Source: an uncultured virus (IMG/VR IMGVR_UViG_3300044646_002851)
Taxonomy: Duplodnaviria; Heunggongvirae; Uroviricota; Caudoviricetes
DNA length: 64,000 bases
Virus record (IMG/VR): IMGVR_UViG_3300044646_002851
Reading direction: 5' to 3' (one strand)
Each line of letters begins with the position of its first letter. Within the stretch, counting starts at the first letter, position 1. A program made the translations under genes and the position numbers. Positions 19,619 through 28,835 of this stretch are shown piece by piece. Below the pieces are notes generated by a model that had not been told where the DNA came from, ran no database searches, and was given only the letters and a program-made list of their open reading frames with translations.

Positions 19619-21406
19619 TTATTGTTTGTAAAGTTTCTTAGTCAACCATCCTATAAATGTACATTCATTTGATGTTGCAATGCTTGTTCCCGCCATAGAA
19701 ATGTCTTCTGATTTCTTTTTCAAATATTCTACTTTTATTTTGAAGTTAGGCATATTGATTGATGCGACTTGGGCAATAAGACCTGACTGAGATTTCAAGA
19801 ATAACAAAATTTTGCCAGTTTTGCCTTTGTGCATTCCCGAAGTAACTTCTACTTCATCTCCAATATTAAGACCAAAATTAGAAGCTTCTATATCATTTTG
19901 AATTTTATTTGCAGATGTTCTATTTGTATTTTTTTGTATTCTTTTTTGAATTCCAATATCTCTTTGTGAAGTTTTGATTTCCAATTCTTCTTGTGGATCT
20001 GTTTTTCTTAAAAATGAAACATTGACAAGATTTTTTTGTTTATTTTTTAAAATGCTTTTTGCATGATCATCCCATAAAATATTTGCCTTCATTCCAATTG
20101 AACCATCTAAATTTCTAGAAAGCAAAAGCTTTTGAATACTTCCAAGTAACTTTTGAGAAATATCAAAAGATTTATCATTGGATATGATCTTATCTCCAAC
20201 TCTCAAATTATATTCTTTTGATTTCTCTGAAAGAATTCTAATATAATCTTTAATTTCATTTCCATGATTTTTAGATGACTTCAAATCTTTAACATCTACG
20301 ATTTCAATTTTACCATCAAAATTTGATTTGCTAGGTTCTGATTGAAATTGAATTTCTGCATACAATTTATTGTCGCCACGGGTTCCATGAAACGATTTTA
20401 TAATTCCATGAAAGAAAAACTCCACATCATTTGATTTCTTTAACTTCACATAATCATCAATGTTAAAATGATCTGGATTTAATCGTGCGTCTTTTGATCT
20501 TTCAAAGCCAATTCTTCTTTTTTCGTCCTTAAACTTTTCATCTCTATTTTCATCTCTAGCCTGTTTATTCTTACTTAATATTTTTTTCTTAAACTTTTCT
20601 AATTTGTTGTTCCAACCAGATATTGATTTTATTGTTTCATTCATTTGCTTCATTGCTGCAATTTTTACTGCTGCCGAACTATTTTCATTCAAACTTTCTG
20701 TTTTTGTAATTCTTTCGCCTTTTTTGTCAGTAATTGTATAAGTTACAGTTTCTGGAACTTTAGGAAATCCATTTGGAACAAATTCATTATCATATACTTC
20801 TCTTTTGACCCAATACCCTTGAATTCCGATGAGTTTGTGTGGGAATAAATTCTTTGAAAACCAAGTATTATAAGTTTTGTCACGAACTACACCTCTACTT
20901 GCATCAACAGCAGTAGAAATATTCCACTGTATACTAATTGGATCAAGAGCTTTCATGTATTGTTCTAATGCCATTTTGACACCAGTAAAAACATTTGCTC
21001 CGACTAGCGTTCTTTTACCATTTTCTATATAACTTGCTCTGATGTCTTGAATTTCATCTCCACGAGCAAATGAAACTGTGACACCATCTTCTGGACGACC
21101 AGTAAATGCAACCTTATAACAAGTTGATATGCCATTAACAGTCTCACAATTGCATGGATCATCCACATTTGAATCATCTGCACAACCATCGCCAATCACA
21201 TTGAAACGAAATATGGCATGTATTGGAGATGATTTTTTTCCACTTTCTATTTCTTTTTTGGTTGGTAGTGGATCTTCCCAATGAGTATCCATAACTTTTG
21301 ATATATCGGCTACAGATTCGAGCCATATAATATCTTCTTCAATACGATGATCTAAATCATACGGATTGGAATACAATTCATTGAAAAAAAGCTTAAAACT
21401 AAACAT
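19619..21406 (-). CDS. Hypothetical protein with C-terminal KOW/SH3-like barrels and CTS-like N-terminus
   Basis: MFSFKLFFNE; FNIDDYVKL, LRVGDKII, LNIGDEVEVTSGMHKGKTGKI. Confidence 0.6.
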   Translation of the reverse strand: MFSFKLFFNELYSNPYDLDHRIEEDIIWLESVADISKVMDTHWEDPLPTKKEIESGKKSSPIHAIFRFNVIGDGCADDSNVDDPCNCETVNGISTCYKVAFTGRPEDGVTVSFARGDEIQDIRASYIENGKRTLVGANVFTGVKMALEQYMKALDPISIQWNISTAVDASRGVVRDKTYNTWFSKNLFPHKLIGIQGYWVKREVYDNEFVPNGFPKVPETVTYTITDKKGERITKTESLNENSSAAVKIAAMKQMNETIKSISGWNNKLEKFKKKILSKNKQARDENRDEKFKDEKRRIGFERSKDARLNPDHFNIDDYVKLKKSNDVEFFFHGIIKSFHGTRGDNKLYAEIQFQSEPSKSNFDGKIEIVDVKDLKSSKNHGNEIKDYIRILSEKSKEYNLRVGDKIISNDKSFDISQKLLGSIQKLLLSRNLDGSIGMKANILWDDHAKSILKNKQKNLVNVSFLRKTDPQEELEIKTSQRDIGIQKRIQKNTNRTSANKIQNDIEASNFGLNIGDEVEVTSGMHKGKTGKILLFLKSQSGLIAQVASINMPNFKIKVEYLKKKSEDISMAGTSIATSNECTFIGWLTKKLYKQ

Positions 21407-21409
21407 GCA

Positions 21410-21631
21410 TTATATATGACATTCGCTCATGGAACGCACATGCTTTTTAAAGATTTCAAATGCTTGATTTAAATTTAAGGCAGAAAAATCCGTATGCAAT
21501 GGTGAAAATTCTTTATTTACATGATAAAAATCATCGTGAAATGTAAAAATTGGAGTTCTTTTAATGTAATCGATCAAAATTTGATGTCTTGTTTTGTCGA
21601 TGCAATTAAGATCATTATATTTGATTTTCAC
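21410..21631 (-). CDS. Hypothetical protein
   Basis: 73-aa ORF packed in a minus-strand gene run. Confidence 0.5.
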   Translation of the reverse strand: MKIKYNDLNCIDKTRHQILIDYIKRTPIFTFHDDFYHVNKEFSPLHTDFSALNLNQAFEIFKKHVRSMSECHI

Positions 21632-21652
21632 TTTTGTTCGCCTTGAGATAGT

Positions 21653-21793
21653 TTACCAATCATCATTTTTTCTTTTCAACCAATTATTATGACAATTTGC
21701 AAAATTTGAAATAAAAAATACAAATATTGCAAATGAAAAGAATACTGTGCCAATAATTCCAAATATAAGACCATTCCAAAACGAAATATCCAT
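21653..21793 (-). CDS. Small single-TM membrane protein (46 aa)
   Basis: Hand translation MDISFWNGLIFGIIGTVFFSFAIFVFFISNFANCHNNWLKRKNDDW; GAAGGA SD. Confidence 0.6.
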   Translation of the reverse strand: MDISFWNGLIFGIIGTVFFSFAIFVFFISNFANCHNNWLKRKNDDW

Positions 21794-21815
21794 TAGCAAT
21801 TCCTTCTAAATATAA

Positions 21816-22133
21816 TTATATAAGACCTTCCATGATACAGTAAAGTGTTTTTTTGTTCAAAAATTTAGGATTTATGTGTTCTGGAATTTTTATATTACGA
21901 AAATAATATTCAATTTGACCATCTGCAGTAAGATGCAAACCATGCTTAAATCCATGACTATACCATGTTGCAGAATCTCTTGTGATAACTGCTGGTTCAT
22001 CATCAGAATGAAGTAAACCGTCTTCATCATATATTTTTTTGGGAGATCCAAAAGGATATTCGATAAAGCATGGTGTTATGCGATCATTCCAACCTTCTAA
22101 CATTTCATCCATGAATTTTCTACCTTTCAACAA
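21816..22133 (-). CDS. Hypothetical phage protein
   Basis: GLLHSDDEPAV...WYSHGFKH beta-hairpin repeat motif common in viruses; start may be M8 (22112). Confidence 0.6.
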   Translation of the reverse strand: MLKGRKFMDEMLEGWNDRITPCFIEYPFGSPKKIYDEDGLLHSDDEPAVITRDSATWYSHGFKHGLHLTADGQIEYYFRNIKIPEHINPKFLNKKTLYCIMEGLI

Positions 22134-22147
22134 TTAGATCGAGAATA

Positions 22148-22432
22148 TTAAACCAAAAAATCAGAACTTGCAATAGAAGAAATTAATGCAAATTTCTTTT
22201 TATATTCATCGTTCTGTAACTTCAAATTTTCATGAAGTTCTTTATGTTGTTCAAACTCTTTAGATAATATTTTTTGTTTTTGTTTTTCTTCTTCAATATT
22301 CTTGTGCAACATTTCATTATCATCTGCAGCAAAAGAAAGCTCTTTCTCTAACTCGCTAATTCTAAATTGTAATGATTCAAATAAAGTCAAATCATCACTC
22401 TTTTTCATAAAATTCTTGATTAATGTGAACAT
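22148..22432 (-). CDS. Coiled-coil hypothetical protein
   Basis: Start moved to ATG 22432 behind GGAGGTG SD; heptad-rich. Confidence 0.6.
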   Translation of the reverse strand: MFTLIKNFMKKSDDLTLFESLQFRISELEKELSFAADDNEMLHKNIEEEKQKQKILSKEFEQHKELHENLKLQNDEYKKKFALISSIASSDFLV

Positions 22433-22598
22433 ATTCACCTCCATTGTTAATGGAGTGTGTTTCTTTATTTTTCTTACGAAAATCATAAGGACAATGCTTG
22501 CAGTCACTCTTGCAACATTTTCCTCTTTTGAGAAGAAATGCTTCGGTCAACACCATTAGACCAGACGCATTATAATAAAAGTCTAAACCTTCTTGCAT
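22395..22598 (-). CDS. Small Cys-rich protein (DUF5522-like)
   Basis: DFYY...G.MVLTEAFLLKRGKCCKSDCKHCPY. Confidence 0.75.
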   Translation of the reverse strand: MQEGLDFYYNASGLMVLTEAFLLKRGKCCKSDCKHCPYDFRKKNKETHSINNGGEYVHINQEFYEKE

Positions 22599-22614
22599 TA
22601 TTTATATATTTCCA

Positions 22615-22643
22615 TTGCAACAAAAAAAAATATCTATTATTAT
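22615..22643 (+). promoter_or_regulatory. Sigma70-type promoter
   Basis: TTGCAA (22615-22620), 17-nt spacer, TATTAT (22638-22643), upstream of the 22682-tRNA-dam unit. Confidence 0.5.
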
Positions 22644-22681
22644 GTGTGAAGTTGTAAGCAAGTTTCAAAGGGAATTAACTG

Positions 22682-22966
22682 ATGACATTGATCCATTGTG
22701 CATTTTGTTTGTTACTAGCAACTTTGGCGATTCCATTTGCAGTCGCCACTTTAAATGCTTATCATGGTTTAGAAAAATTTTCTCTTGTTGATTTGTTACA
22801 ACATGGATTGATCATATTAATTGTTTCATTTCCAATCATCAATATCACTGCAGCTTTTGAAGTTTACTTTCATGAAACAAATATATTTTCATATGTCTCT
22901 GGAATATGTAGCTCCATATTTATTTCGACATACTTTGCTGACATTAATTTAAATTCAAAACTATAA
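22682..22966 (+). CDS. Membrane protein (about 3 TM)
   Basis: Three hydrophobic segments in 94 aa. Confidence 0.65.
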   Translation: MTLIHCAFCLLLATLAIPFAVATLNAYHGLEKFSLVDLLQHGLIILIVSFPIINITAAFEVYFHETNIFSYVSGICSSIFISTYFADINLNSKL

Positions 22967-22969
22967 AAT

Positions 22970-23045
22970 GCGAGGATAGTGTAAAGTCAGCACAGGATTT
23001 AAACCAAAGTCTTAGTGGCGGTTAAATTCCGACCTCCTCGCTCCA
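22970..23045 (+). tRNA. Non-canonical tRNA-Gly-like gene (ACC in an 8-nt loop), CCA encoded
   Basis: Acceptor GCGAGGA/TCCTCGC + U73 + CCA; D-stem GTGT/GCAC; anticodon stem GGATT/AGTCT with loop TAAACCAA; T-arm GGCGG-TTAAATT-CCG(A)CC. Confidence 0.75.
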
Positions 23046-23066
23046 AATATAAAATAGGATATCAAT

Positions 23067-23927
23067 GTGTCGCTAATACGATATCCGGGTGGCAAAAATA
23101 AAATAAAGAATAAGATTTTAGATTCAATTATAAATCTAGAATCTTTTCATTCTATGGAATATAGAGAGCCATTTTTTGGCGGAGGAAGCATAGGTCTTGC
23201 TCTTATTGAACATGGAATAAAAAACATATGGATAAATGATCGTGATCCAGCAATTGCTTGTCTTTGGACAAGTGTATTGATAGAACCAAATTCTCTCATC
23301 AAAAAAATACAATCATACAAACCAACTGTAGAATCATTCTTTTCAATACGAGAAGAATTATTGGCAATAGATGAGATTCCAAAAGAAACATCAAACATCA
23401 TTGACATTGGATTCAAAAAATTTGTAATTCATCAAATTTCTTTTTCTGGTCTTGGAACTAAATCGGGCGGACCACTTGGCGGTGTCGAACAAAAATCTGA
23501 ATATAAAGTAGATTGTCGCTGGTCTCCTATTCACTTTTGCAAGAAGATAGAAAAATTTCATTCACTTTTCAAAAAAGTTAAAGTTACTCATGATTGTTGT
23601 ACAAATTTTGACTTTGAAGTATTATTGAAAAATAAGTCAAAGAACTATTATTCTTACATAGATCCACCATACTTCCACAAAGGAAATGATCTATATCAAT
23701 TTGGGTTTTCTTCTTATGATCACTTAAGATTAAGTAAGTGCTTGAAATCAAGTAATGCCAAATGGATTCTTTCTTATGATGACTGCAAAGAAATAAGAAG
23801 TCTATATGAATGGGCTTGTGTTCAAGAGATTGATGTGAATTACACTATCGCAAGTCAAAAAGACAATGTGACAGGTAAAAAATCATCTTCTAAGAAAGGC
23901 GAATTGATAATAAGGAGGTGCGTTTAA
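23067..23927 (+). CDS. D12-class (Dam-like) N6-adenine DNA methyltransferase
   Basis: RYPGGK, EPFFGGGS, WIND, YIDPPY, WILSYDD. Confidence 0.9.
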   Translation: MSLIRYPGGKNKIKNKILDSIINLESFHSMEYREPFFGGGSIGLALIEHGIKNIWINDRDPAIACLWTSVLIEPNSLIKKIQSYKPTVESFFSIREELLAIDEIPKETSNIIDIGFKKFVIHQISFSGLGTKSGGPLGGVEQKSEYKVDCRWSPIHFCKKIEKFHSLFKKVKVTHDCCTNFDFEVLLKNKSKNYYSYIDPPYFHKGNDLYQFGFSSYDHLRLSKCLKSSNAKWILSYDDCKEIRSLYEWACVQEIDVNYTIASQKDNVTGKKSSSKKGELIIRRCV

Positions 23928-24553
23928 TGGAAGGCATGTATTATCCAAACTCAGGTCATATTGAAACTGTTAAAGAATGGTTCAATGGTCATGAAATAGA
24001 AGTTCACAAAATAAAAGTAGATGGTAAAAATTATGAGGCTTGTGATGAAGCTTCAAAAAGCTGGTGGACAAAAAATAAAAAGGGCGGAGAATGGAATCCG
24101 GGTTTGTTGAATAGTCCATACGATCCAAGGAAAACAGAAAGAGTTGGAATTCTTGGAGAAATGGCTTTTGGAATCATGACTGGTTTGCCAGTCAATCTAG
24201 CATTTAAAGAATTTGGAAACACTACAGATTTTGATGTTCTGAAATACACATTAGATGTAAAAACTGCAGCCAAAAACTATGGAGCAGCTTTAGTTAGATG
24301 CGTTGATGAGTATGGTAGAATTATGCCATTAAACAATGACATATATTCATTTGCATATTTAGAATTCGAAGACAGAGAAGCAAAAGAAGCTATTATTGCT
24401 CATGTTGGATATCAAACGAAAAGTGTATTAAGCTCTAGACCGATTGTTCCAGCAAGAAAGGGATCTCATAAAAATTATGAAATCCCTTATCATGAATTAA
24501 AAACAATGTCTATGTTTATGTCTGTTTTTCAAAAATACCAATGTATTAGCTGA
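23918..24553 (+). CDS. Putative PD-(D/E)xK nuclease
   Basis: GILGEMAF helix, then TDFD...LDVKT; translationally coupled to the methyltransferase. Confidence 0.6.
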   Translation: MRLMEGMYYPNSGHIETVKEWFNGHEIEVHKIKVDGKNYEACDEASKSWWTKNKKGGEWNPGLLNSPYDPRKTERVGILGEMAFGIMTGLPVNLAFKEFGNTTDFDVLKYTLDVKTAAKNYGAALVRCVDEYGRIMPLNNDIYSFAYLEFEDREAKEAIIAHVGYQTKSVLSSRPIVPARKGSHKNYEIPYHELKTMSMFMSVFQKYQCIS

Positions 24554-24617
24554 CTTTAATCAACAGTTATTTTTTTTTTTCATAAAATAAAATACATTTA
24601 ATTGACTTATATAAATT

Positions 24618-25250
24618 ATGAACATAAATATTGAACCATTTTATTGTTACATAAAAAAAGAACATCTTTTTGGATATGAAAGTAATTTCGAAGAACATGA
24701 ACTGGTATGTGTATTCGCAGCCAGAAGTGTTGCAAATAGAGCATTGTTATTTCATTGCATGACAGAATCTGGAATGCAAAGAGCAAATGTTCCTATTTCC
24801 GCTTTAGTTCATAAGACTGATGCTCCCAAAATAGATTTAGATTATCTTCAACTTTGGAATTGTTTTGGCAATGAGATTAATGTTTGCAAATTCGATTATC
24901 TTGTTAGTTGGAGATGTCAAATTGCCATGAAAGACAAGTCTATGCATTGGGCGACTTATATGATGACATTTGATTGGGAAAATAACAATTTTAGCTTAAC
25001 TCCAAATGATTATAAAAATGCACATTTGTTAAAATTAGATAATGGGTGTTTTGCATTGCAGCCAAATAATAGAATATTTTGGAAAGATTCAAATTTTGTA
25101 ACAAAACCACTTGATCCTAAATCTACTCCAAAATATAAAGTTGATAAAGAAATTTTTGTATGTGAAAAAAGTGATCGATGGACAAGTGAAGATACAGATT
25201 GTTTTTATTACGACATTATAAAAGCAGATGAGAATTCGCAGTCAATTTAG
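24618..25250 (+). CDS. Conserved phage hypothetical protein
   Basis: LQLWNCF...YMMTFDW...KNAHLLKLDNGCFALQPNNRIFW pattern. Confidence 0.7.
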   Translation: MNINIEPFYCYIKKEHLFGYESNFEEHELVCVFAARSVANRALLFHCMTESGMQRANVPISALVHKTDAPKIDLDYLQLWNCFGNEINVCKFDYLVSWRCQIAMKDKSMHWATYMMTFDWENNNFSLTPNDYKNAHLLKLDNGCFALQPNNRIFWKDSNFVTKPLDPKSTPKYKVDKEIFVCEKSDRWTSEDTDCFYYDIIKADENSQSI

Positions 25251-25899
25251 AAAAGTCTTTTTTAGAAAAACCTTTTTCTCTTAATTCTTTCTCTATTTTA
25301 GACGCAATAGGATGAGCATTTTCATAGCTCATTTTTCTATCACGCATCAAAATCATTTCTGCATACTCATGAGCAAGAATGAAAGCTGCTTCATCTTTTT
25401 CTTCTTCTTCCAACCAAATTTCAGATTTTGAAATCCAATTATAAACATATCCATGACCGCCCTGAGAAAAATCAGTCTTATGACGATCTCTGACAGCTTC
25501 TCCATTTACAAAATAAACATTAATTTTTCCTTTTGAATCATTTAAAACACAATATTTTTTAAGCTTTATTGATAAAGGATTATTCTTTCTTACATCTTTT
25601 TCTTTTTTTAAACCATGATCATAAGCTTTTTGAGAATCTTTTTTCTTAGATATCATTTTTAAACGAGCAGAAACACCTTTGAGTAATTCTGGTATCTCAC
25701 GCTTCTTTATGCTATTATCAATCCAAATCTCATTATTCTTTATTGATTTTGGAAAATCTTCGTGAACCGCAATTGTGCAAAATTCTTGATTTTCTAAAGA
25801 TGATGATCTAAACTTTTTTGAATCTACATAGACAATTTTCTTACCTTGATATTCTTTTGGCTTTGCAGATTCTTCAATAATCCAATTTTTAAATTCCAT
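25216..25899 (-). CDS. Hypothetical protein with HExxE zincin-like motif and CTS-like N-terminus
   Basis: MEFKNWIIEE; DFSQGGHGYVY..I...EIW; LAHEYAE...YENAH; the N-half looks like a degenerate copy of the C-half. Confidence 0.6.
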   Translation of the reverse strand: MEFKNWIIEESAKPKEYQGKKIVYVDSKKFRSSSLENQEFCTIAVHEDFPKSIKNNEIWIDNSIKKREIPELLKGVSARLKMISKKKDSQKAYDHGLKKEKDVRKNNPLSIKLKKYCVLNDSKGKINVYFVNGEAVRDRHKTDFSQGGHGYVYNWISKSEIWLEEEEKDEAAFILAHEYAEMILMRDRKMSYENAHPIASKIEKELREKGFSKKDFSKLTANSHLLL

Positions 25900-25904
25900 A
25901 ATAC

Positions 25905-26651
25905 TTATTTAGGCAAAGAAAACAAATTATTTACAAGTTCCTTTGTGTTTAAATCAGGATGAGCAATTCCTTCAGATCTTTTATCGACACGATGATGAGG
26001 AAAATTTCTATTTATAAAGGAGGATTCATCGGCATTGTCATATCGTAGATGTGCCGTCAATCTAACTTTATCAGAATTATTACATCCTGATCTATGAATC
26101 AAAAATGTGTTAAATATCAATATGTCTTCACGATCCATAACAACTGGAACAAACTTACTTTCATCGAAAGAAGATTCACTCAAAACTGTATCATCCTTTT
26201 GCTCTAAGTTACCAAATAAATGACTTCCGGGAATTACTTCTAAATATCCCATAGATTCATCTAGTTGAACTAAAGGTATCCAAACAGTAACTCCATCTAT
26301 ACTTCCTTGCATAGATGGCCAATCTTGATGTGCTGGTACTTTCCAATACATGTCATTCTTGGCGAGATTTTTATGGCTATAAGAAAGCAATGGTCTTGTG
26401 TTAATGACTGGATTTTTTAAACCCAAGTCTTTAACAATATTGACAATTGATGGTAGAGTTATAAGTTTATTCACAGAAATCAAATATTGGCTTATATTTG
26501 CTGCTCCTAAAAAACGATTAAAATCATTTTGATAAATTTCAAACAAATCAATTTTAAACAAATTGTGAATATCATTTGCGATTTCATTTAAAAGCTTTTT
26601 TTTGATAGCTTTTTTTACTAATAAGTACCCATTTTTCTGGTAAGATGTCAT
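25905..26651 (-). CDS. PhyH-family 2OG-Fe(II) dioxygenase
   Basis: PAHQDW, TVWIPL, LEVIPGSH, LIHRSGCN...RL. Confidence 0.9.
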   Translation of the reverse strand: MTSYQKNGYLLVKKAIKKKLLNEIANDIHNLFKIDLFEIYQNDFNRFLGAANISQYLISVNKLITLPSIVNIVKDLGLKNPVINTRPLLSYSHKNLAKNDMYWKVPAHQDWPSMQGSIDGVTVWIPLVQLDESMGYLEVIPGSHLFGNLEQKDDTVLSESSFDESKFVPVVMDREDILIFNTFLIHRSGCNNSDKVRLTAHLRYDNADESSFINRNFPHHRVDKRSEGIAHPDLNTKELVNNLFSLPK

Positions 26652-26686
26652 TTTGGCTCCTGATGAATAACCTAAATGAGTCTACG

Positions 26687-27268
26687 ATGATGAGAAATAT
26701 ATGTGTAATAGGTGGCACTTCGAATATCGGAGAGGTGATTTGCAAATCGCTTTCTGATTCTTACAATGTAGATAAAACCAATTCTTTGACATGTGATGTT
26801 CGTGATGAAAAAAAAGTTATTGATTACTTTCAAGGAATTGATTCGCTTTATGGTCTTGTTTATTGTTCTGCTTTAAAAAGCGAATATGACGCATTAGATG
26901 ATCCAAAAGAACTAGAAAGACTTCTTTCTGTCAATTTATTTGGTGCAATTTATTGTTTACAACAAGCAGCAAAAAAAATAAAAATAGGAAAAATAGTTGT
27001 CATTGGAAGTGTTGATGGAACATTTGGTAATTATAAAAAAACTATGTACGCTGTTTCGAAAGCTGCGCTGCATGAATACACAAGATGTTTTGCCTCTCAA
27101 GTGAAAGATAGAATTGAAGCAATTTGTCTTGTTCCCGGCACAATATCTAGCGATAATGACAAACAGGCAATTGCCAATTTCATAAAGTGCTTCATGGACA
27201 ACTCAATAACTAATATACACGCACAACTAATTAGAATGGACAAAGGAAACCATACATTCCCATTATGA
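26687..27268 (+). CDS. SDR-family oxidoreductase
   Basis: VIGGTSNIG, VNLFG, S...YAVSK; start moved to M15. Confidence 0.88.
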   Translation: MMRNICVIGGTSNIGEVICKSLSDSYNVDKTNSLTCDVRDEKKVIDYFQGIDSLYGLVYCSALKSEYDALDDPKELERLLSVNLFGAIYCLQQAAKKIKIGKIVVIGSVDGTFGNYKKTMYAVSKAALHEYTRCFASQVKDRIEAICLVPGTISSDNDKQAIANFIKCFMDNSITNIHAQLIRMDKGNHTFPL

Positions 27269-28047
27269 ACTGGAAATTTTTAAAAAAATATTTGTCTTTT
27301 GAATTTGAAAAATATGGCTATAAAAGTCATGTTCAATTACCAACTTTTCACGATGGCTGGTTATATTTTGGCATTCGAAACAATGAAAATATAAGCCACA
27401 TAGCAAGAATTAAAAATGATAATTTCGAAACATTTTTAAGTCCAAATTTTGATTTTGACAAAAAAGGAATTATGCCTTCTTGTTTTTGTGAAGATGCATT
27501 TTTTTATACTGGATTTGTAGAACAAAAAAACAATCATTACACACAAAACATTTGTGTTTTAATTGAAGGTTCTAGATACTGTGTATTAACAGCAGAGCAA
27601 GATGAAAGCTTTTTGGTGAATTCTGCATTTGTTATAAATGATAATTCAACATATAAGATGTGGTATGTTTCTGGTTATGATTGGGTTGGAAAAAAGCCTT
27701 TGTATAGAATAAATTATGCAGAGTCTAAAAATAAAATTAATTGGGATGTGATAAAAAAGAATGTCATTCCTAAATTAGATTCATTTGAATCTCCTTCACG
27801 ACCATTTGTTTTAAAGACGGGAAAAAAATATGAAATGTATTTTTCCTCTATGAATTTAAATTCAAAAAGTAATTATAAATTGCAATATGCAGAATCTAAT
27901 GATTCTCTGAATTGGGAAAGAGAAAAGATATCAATCGCAACTGAAGAAAATATGCTTTGTTATCCTTTTGTTTTAAATAGAAATTTTATGTTTATAAATG
28001 GGAGTAATTACGGAGAAAAAACTATACTTTTATATGAAAGAGAATAA
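27265..28047 (+). CDS. Beta-propeller glycoside-hydrolase-like protein (GH32/43-like) of glycan clusters
   Basis: SHVQLP; repeated MWY...YRINYAES and MYFS...YKLQYAES...W blades; YPFV...NGSNYG. Confidence 0.6.
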   Translation: MNWKFLKKYLSFEFEKYGYKSHVQLPTFHDGWLYFGIRNNENISHIARIKNDNFETFLSPNFDFDKKGIMPSCFCEDAFFYTGFVEQKNNHYTQNICVLIEGSRYCVLTAEQDESFLVNSAFVINDNSTYKMWYVSGYDWVGKKPLYRINYAESKNKINWDVIKKNVIPKLDSFESPSRPFVLKTGKKYEMYFSSMNLNSKSNYKLQYAESNDSLNWEREKISIATEENMLCYPFVLNRNFMFINGSNYGEKTILLYERE

Positions 28048-28049
28048 TT

Positions 28050-28835
28050 ATGCTTCACAATCATGAAGTGCCAAACTATATGCTCATAGGTGTTCGTAAG
28101 GGGGCGACAAGTTGGATTTGGAAACAGTTAGATCAACATCCAGATATCGAAACTCATCCCAAAAAAGAAATACATTTTTTCAATAAATTTTACCATAAAG
28201 GAATTGCTTGGTATAAAAAACAATTTAAATGGAAAAAAAAAGTAATTATAGATACCACACCAGACTATTTCGAAGAAACTTGTGCAGAAAGAATAAAAAC
28301 CCATTTTCCGAAAATTAAAATGATGGTTTCTTTAAGAAATCCAATAGAAAGAGCTTTTTCTCATTTCAAATTCGCCAAATTTTTAAACGCAACAAAATCA
28401 AACTTTAAAATACTGTGGAAAAAAGACTGGCTACAAATACGAACAAGAGGTTTGTATGATAAGCATCTTTATTGTTTTTATGATAGATTCCCAAAACAAA
28501 ATTTGTTGATCATGTTTAATGATGATATAAAAATAAATAGTGAAAATTTTTCAAATAAAATGTATGACTATATGAATGTCACAAGAATAACAAGTGAATT
28601 TAGAGATATGCGTTGGATGCCCGGAGAAAATACTTGTTGGACAAAAATAGAAGGTCAAAAAAAAGATTATGAAAAAAGATATGAAAAATATAAAGAATAC
28701 AATAAAAAAGAAATTTTAAACAATGATGATTTCAAAATGATGTGTGATTATTACGAAGAATCAATTAAAAATCTAGAAAAGATTGCAAACAGAGATTTTT
28801 CTAATTGGTTAAAAATAGAAAATATAGAATGCTAA
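28050..28835 (+). CDS. PAPS-dependent sulfotransferase
   Basis: IGVRKGATSW (5'-PSB), KEIHFF, LRNPIERAFSH (3'-PB). Confidence 0.9.
   Translation: MLHNHEVPNYMLIGVRKGATSWIWKQLDQHPDIETHPKKEIHFFNKFYHKGIAWYKKQFKWKKKVIIDTTPDYFEETCAERIKTHFPKIKMMVSLRNPIERAFSHFKFAKFLNATKSNFKILWKKDWLQIRTRGLYDKHLYCFYDRFPKQNLLIMFNDDIKINSENFSNKMYDYMNVTRITSEFRDMRWMPGENTCWTKIEGQKKDYEKRYEKYKEYNKKEILNNDDFKMMCDYYEESIKNLEKIANRDFSNWLKIENIEC

Noticed and set aside
22970..24553. Integrated element with att sites at the tRNA
   Set aside because: No integrase and no repeat of the tRNA 3' end was seen in the window
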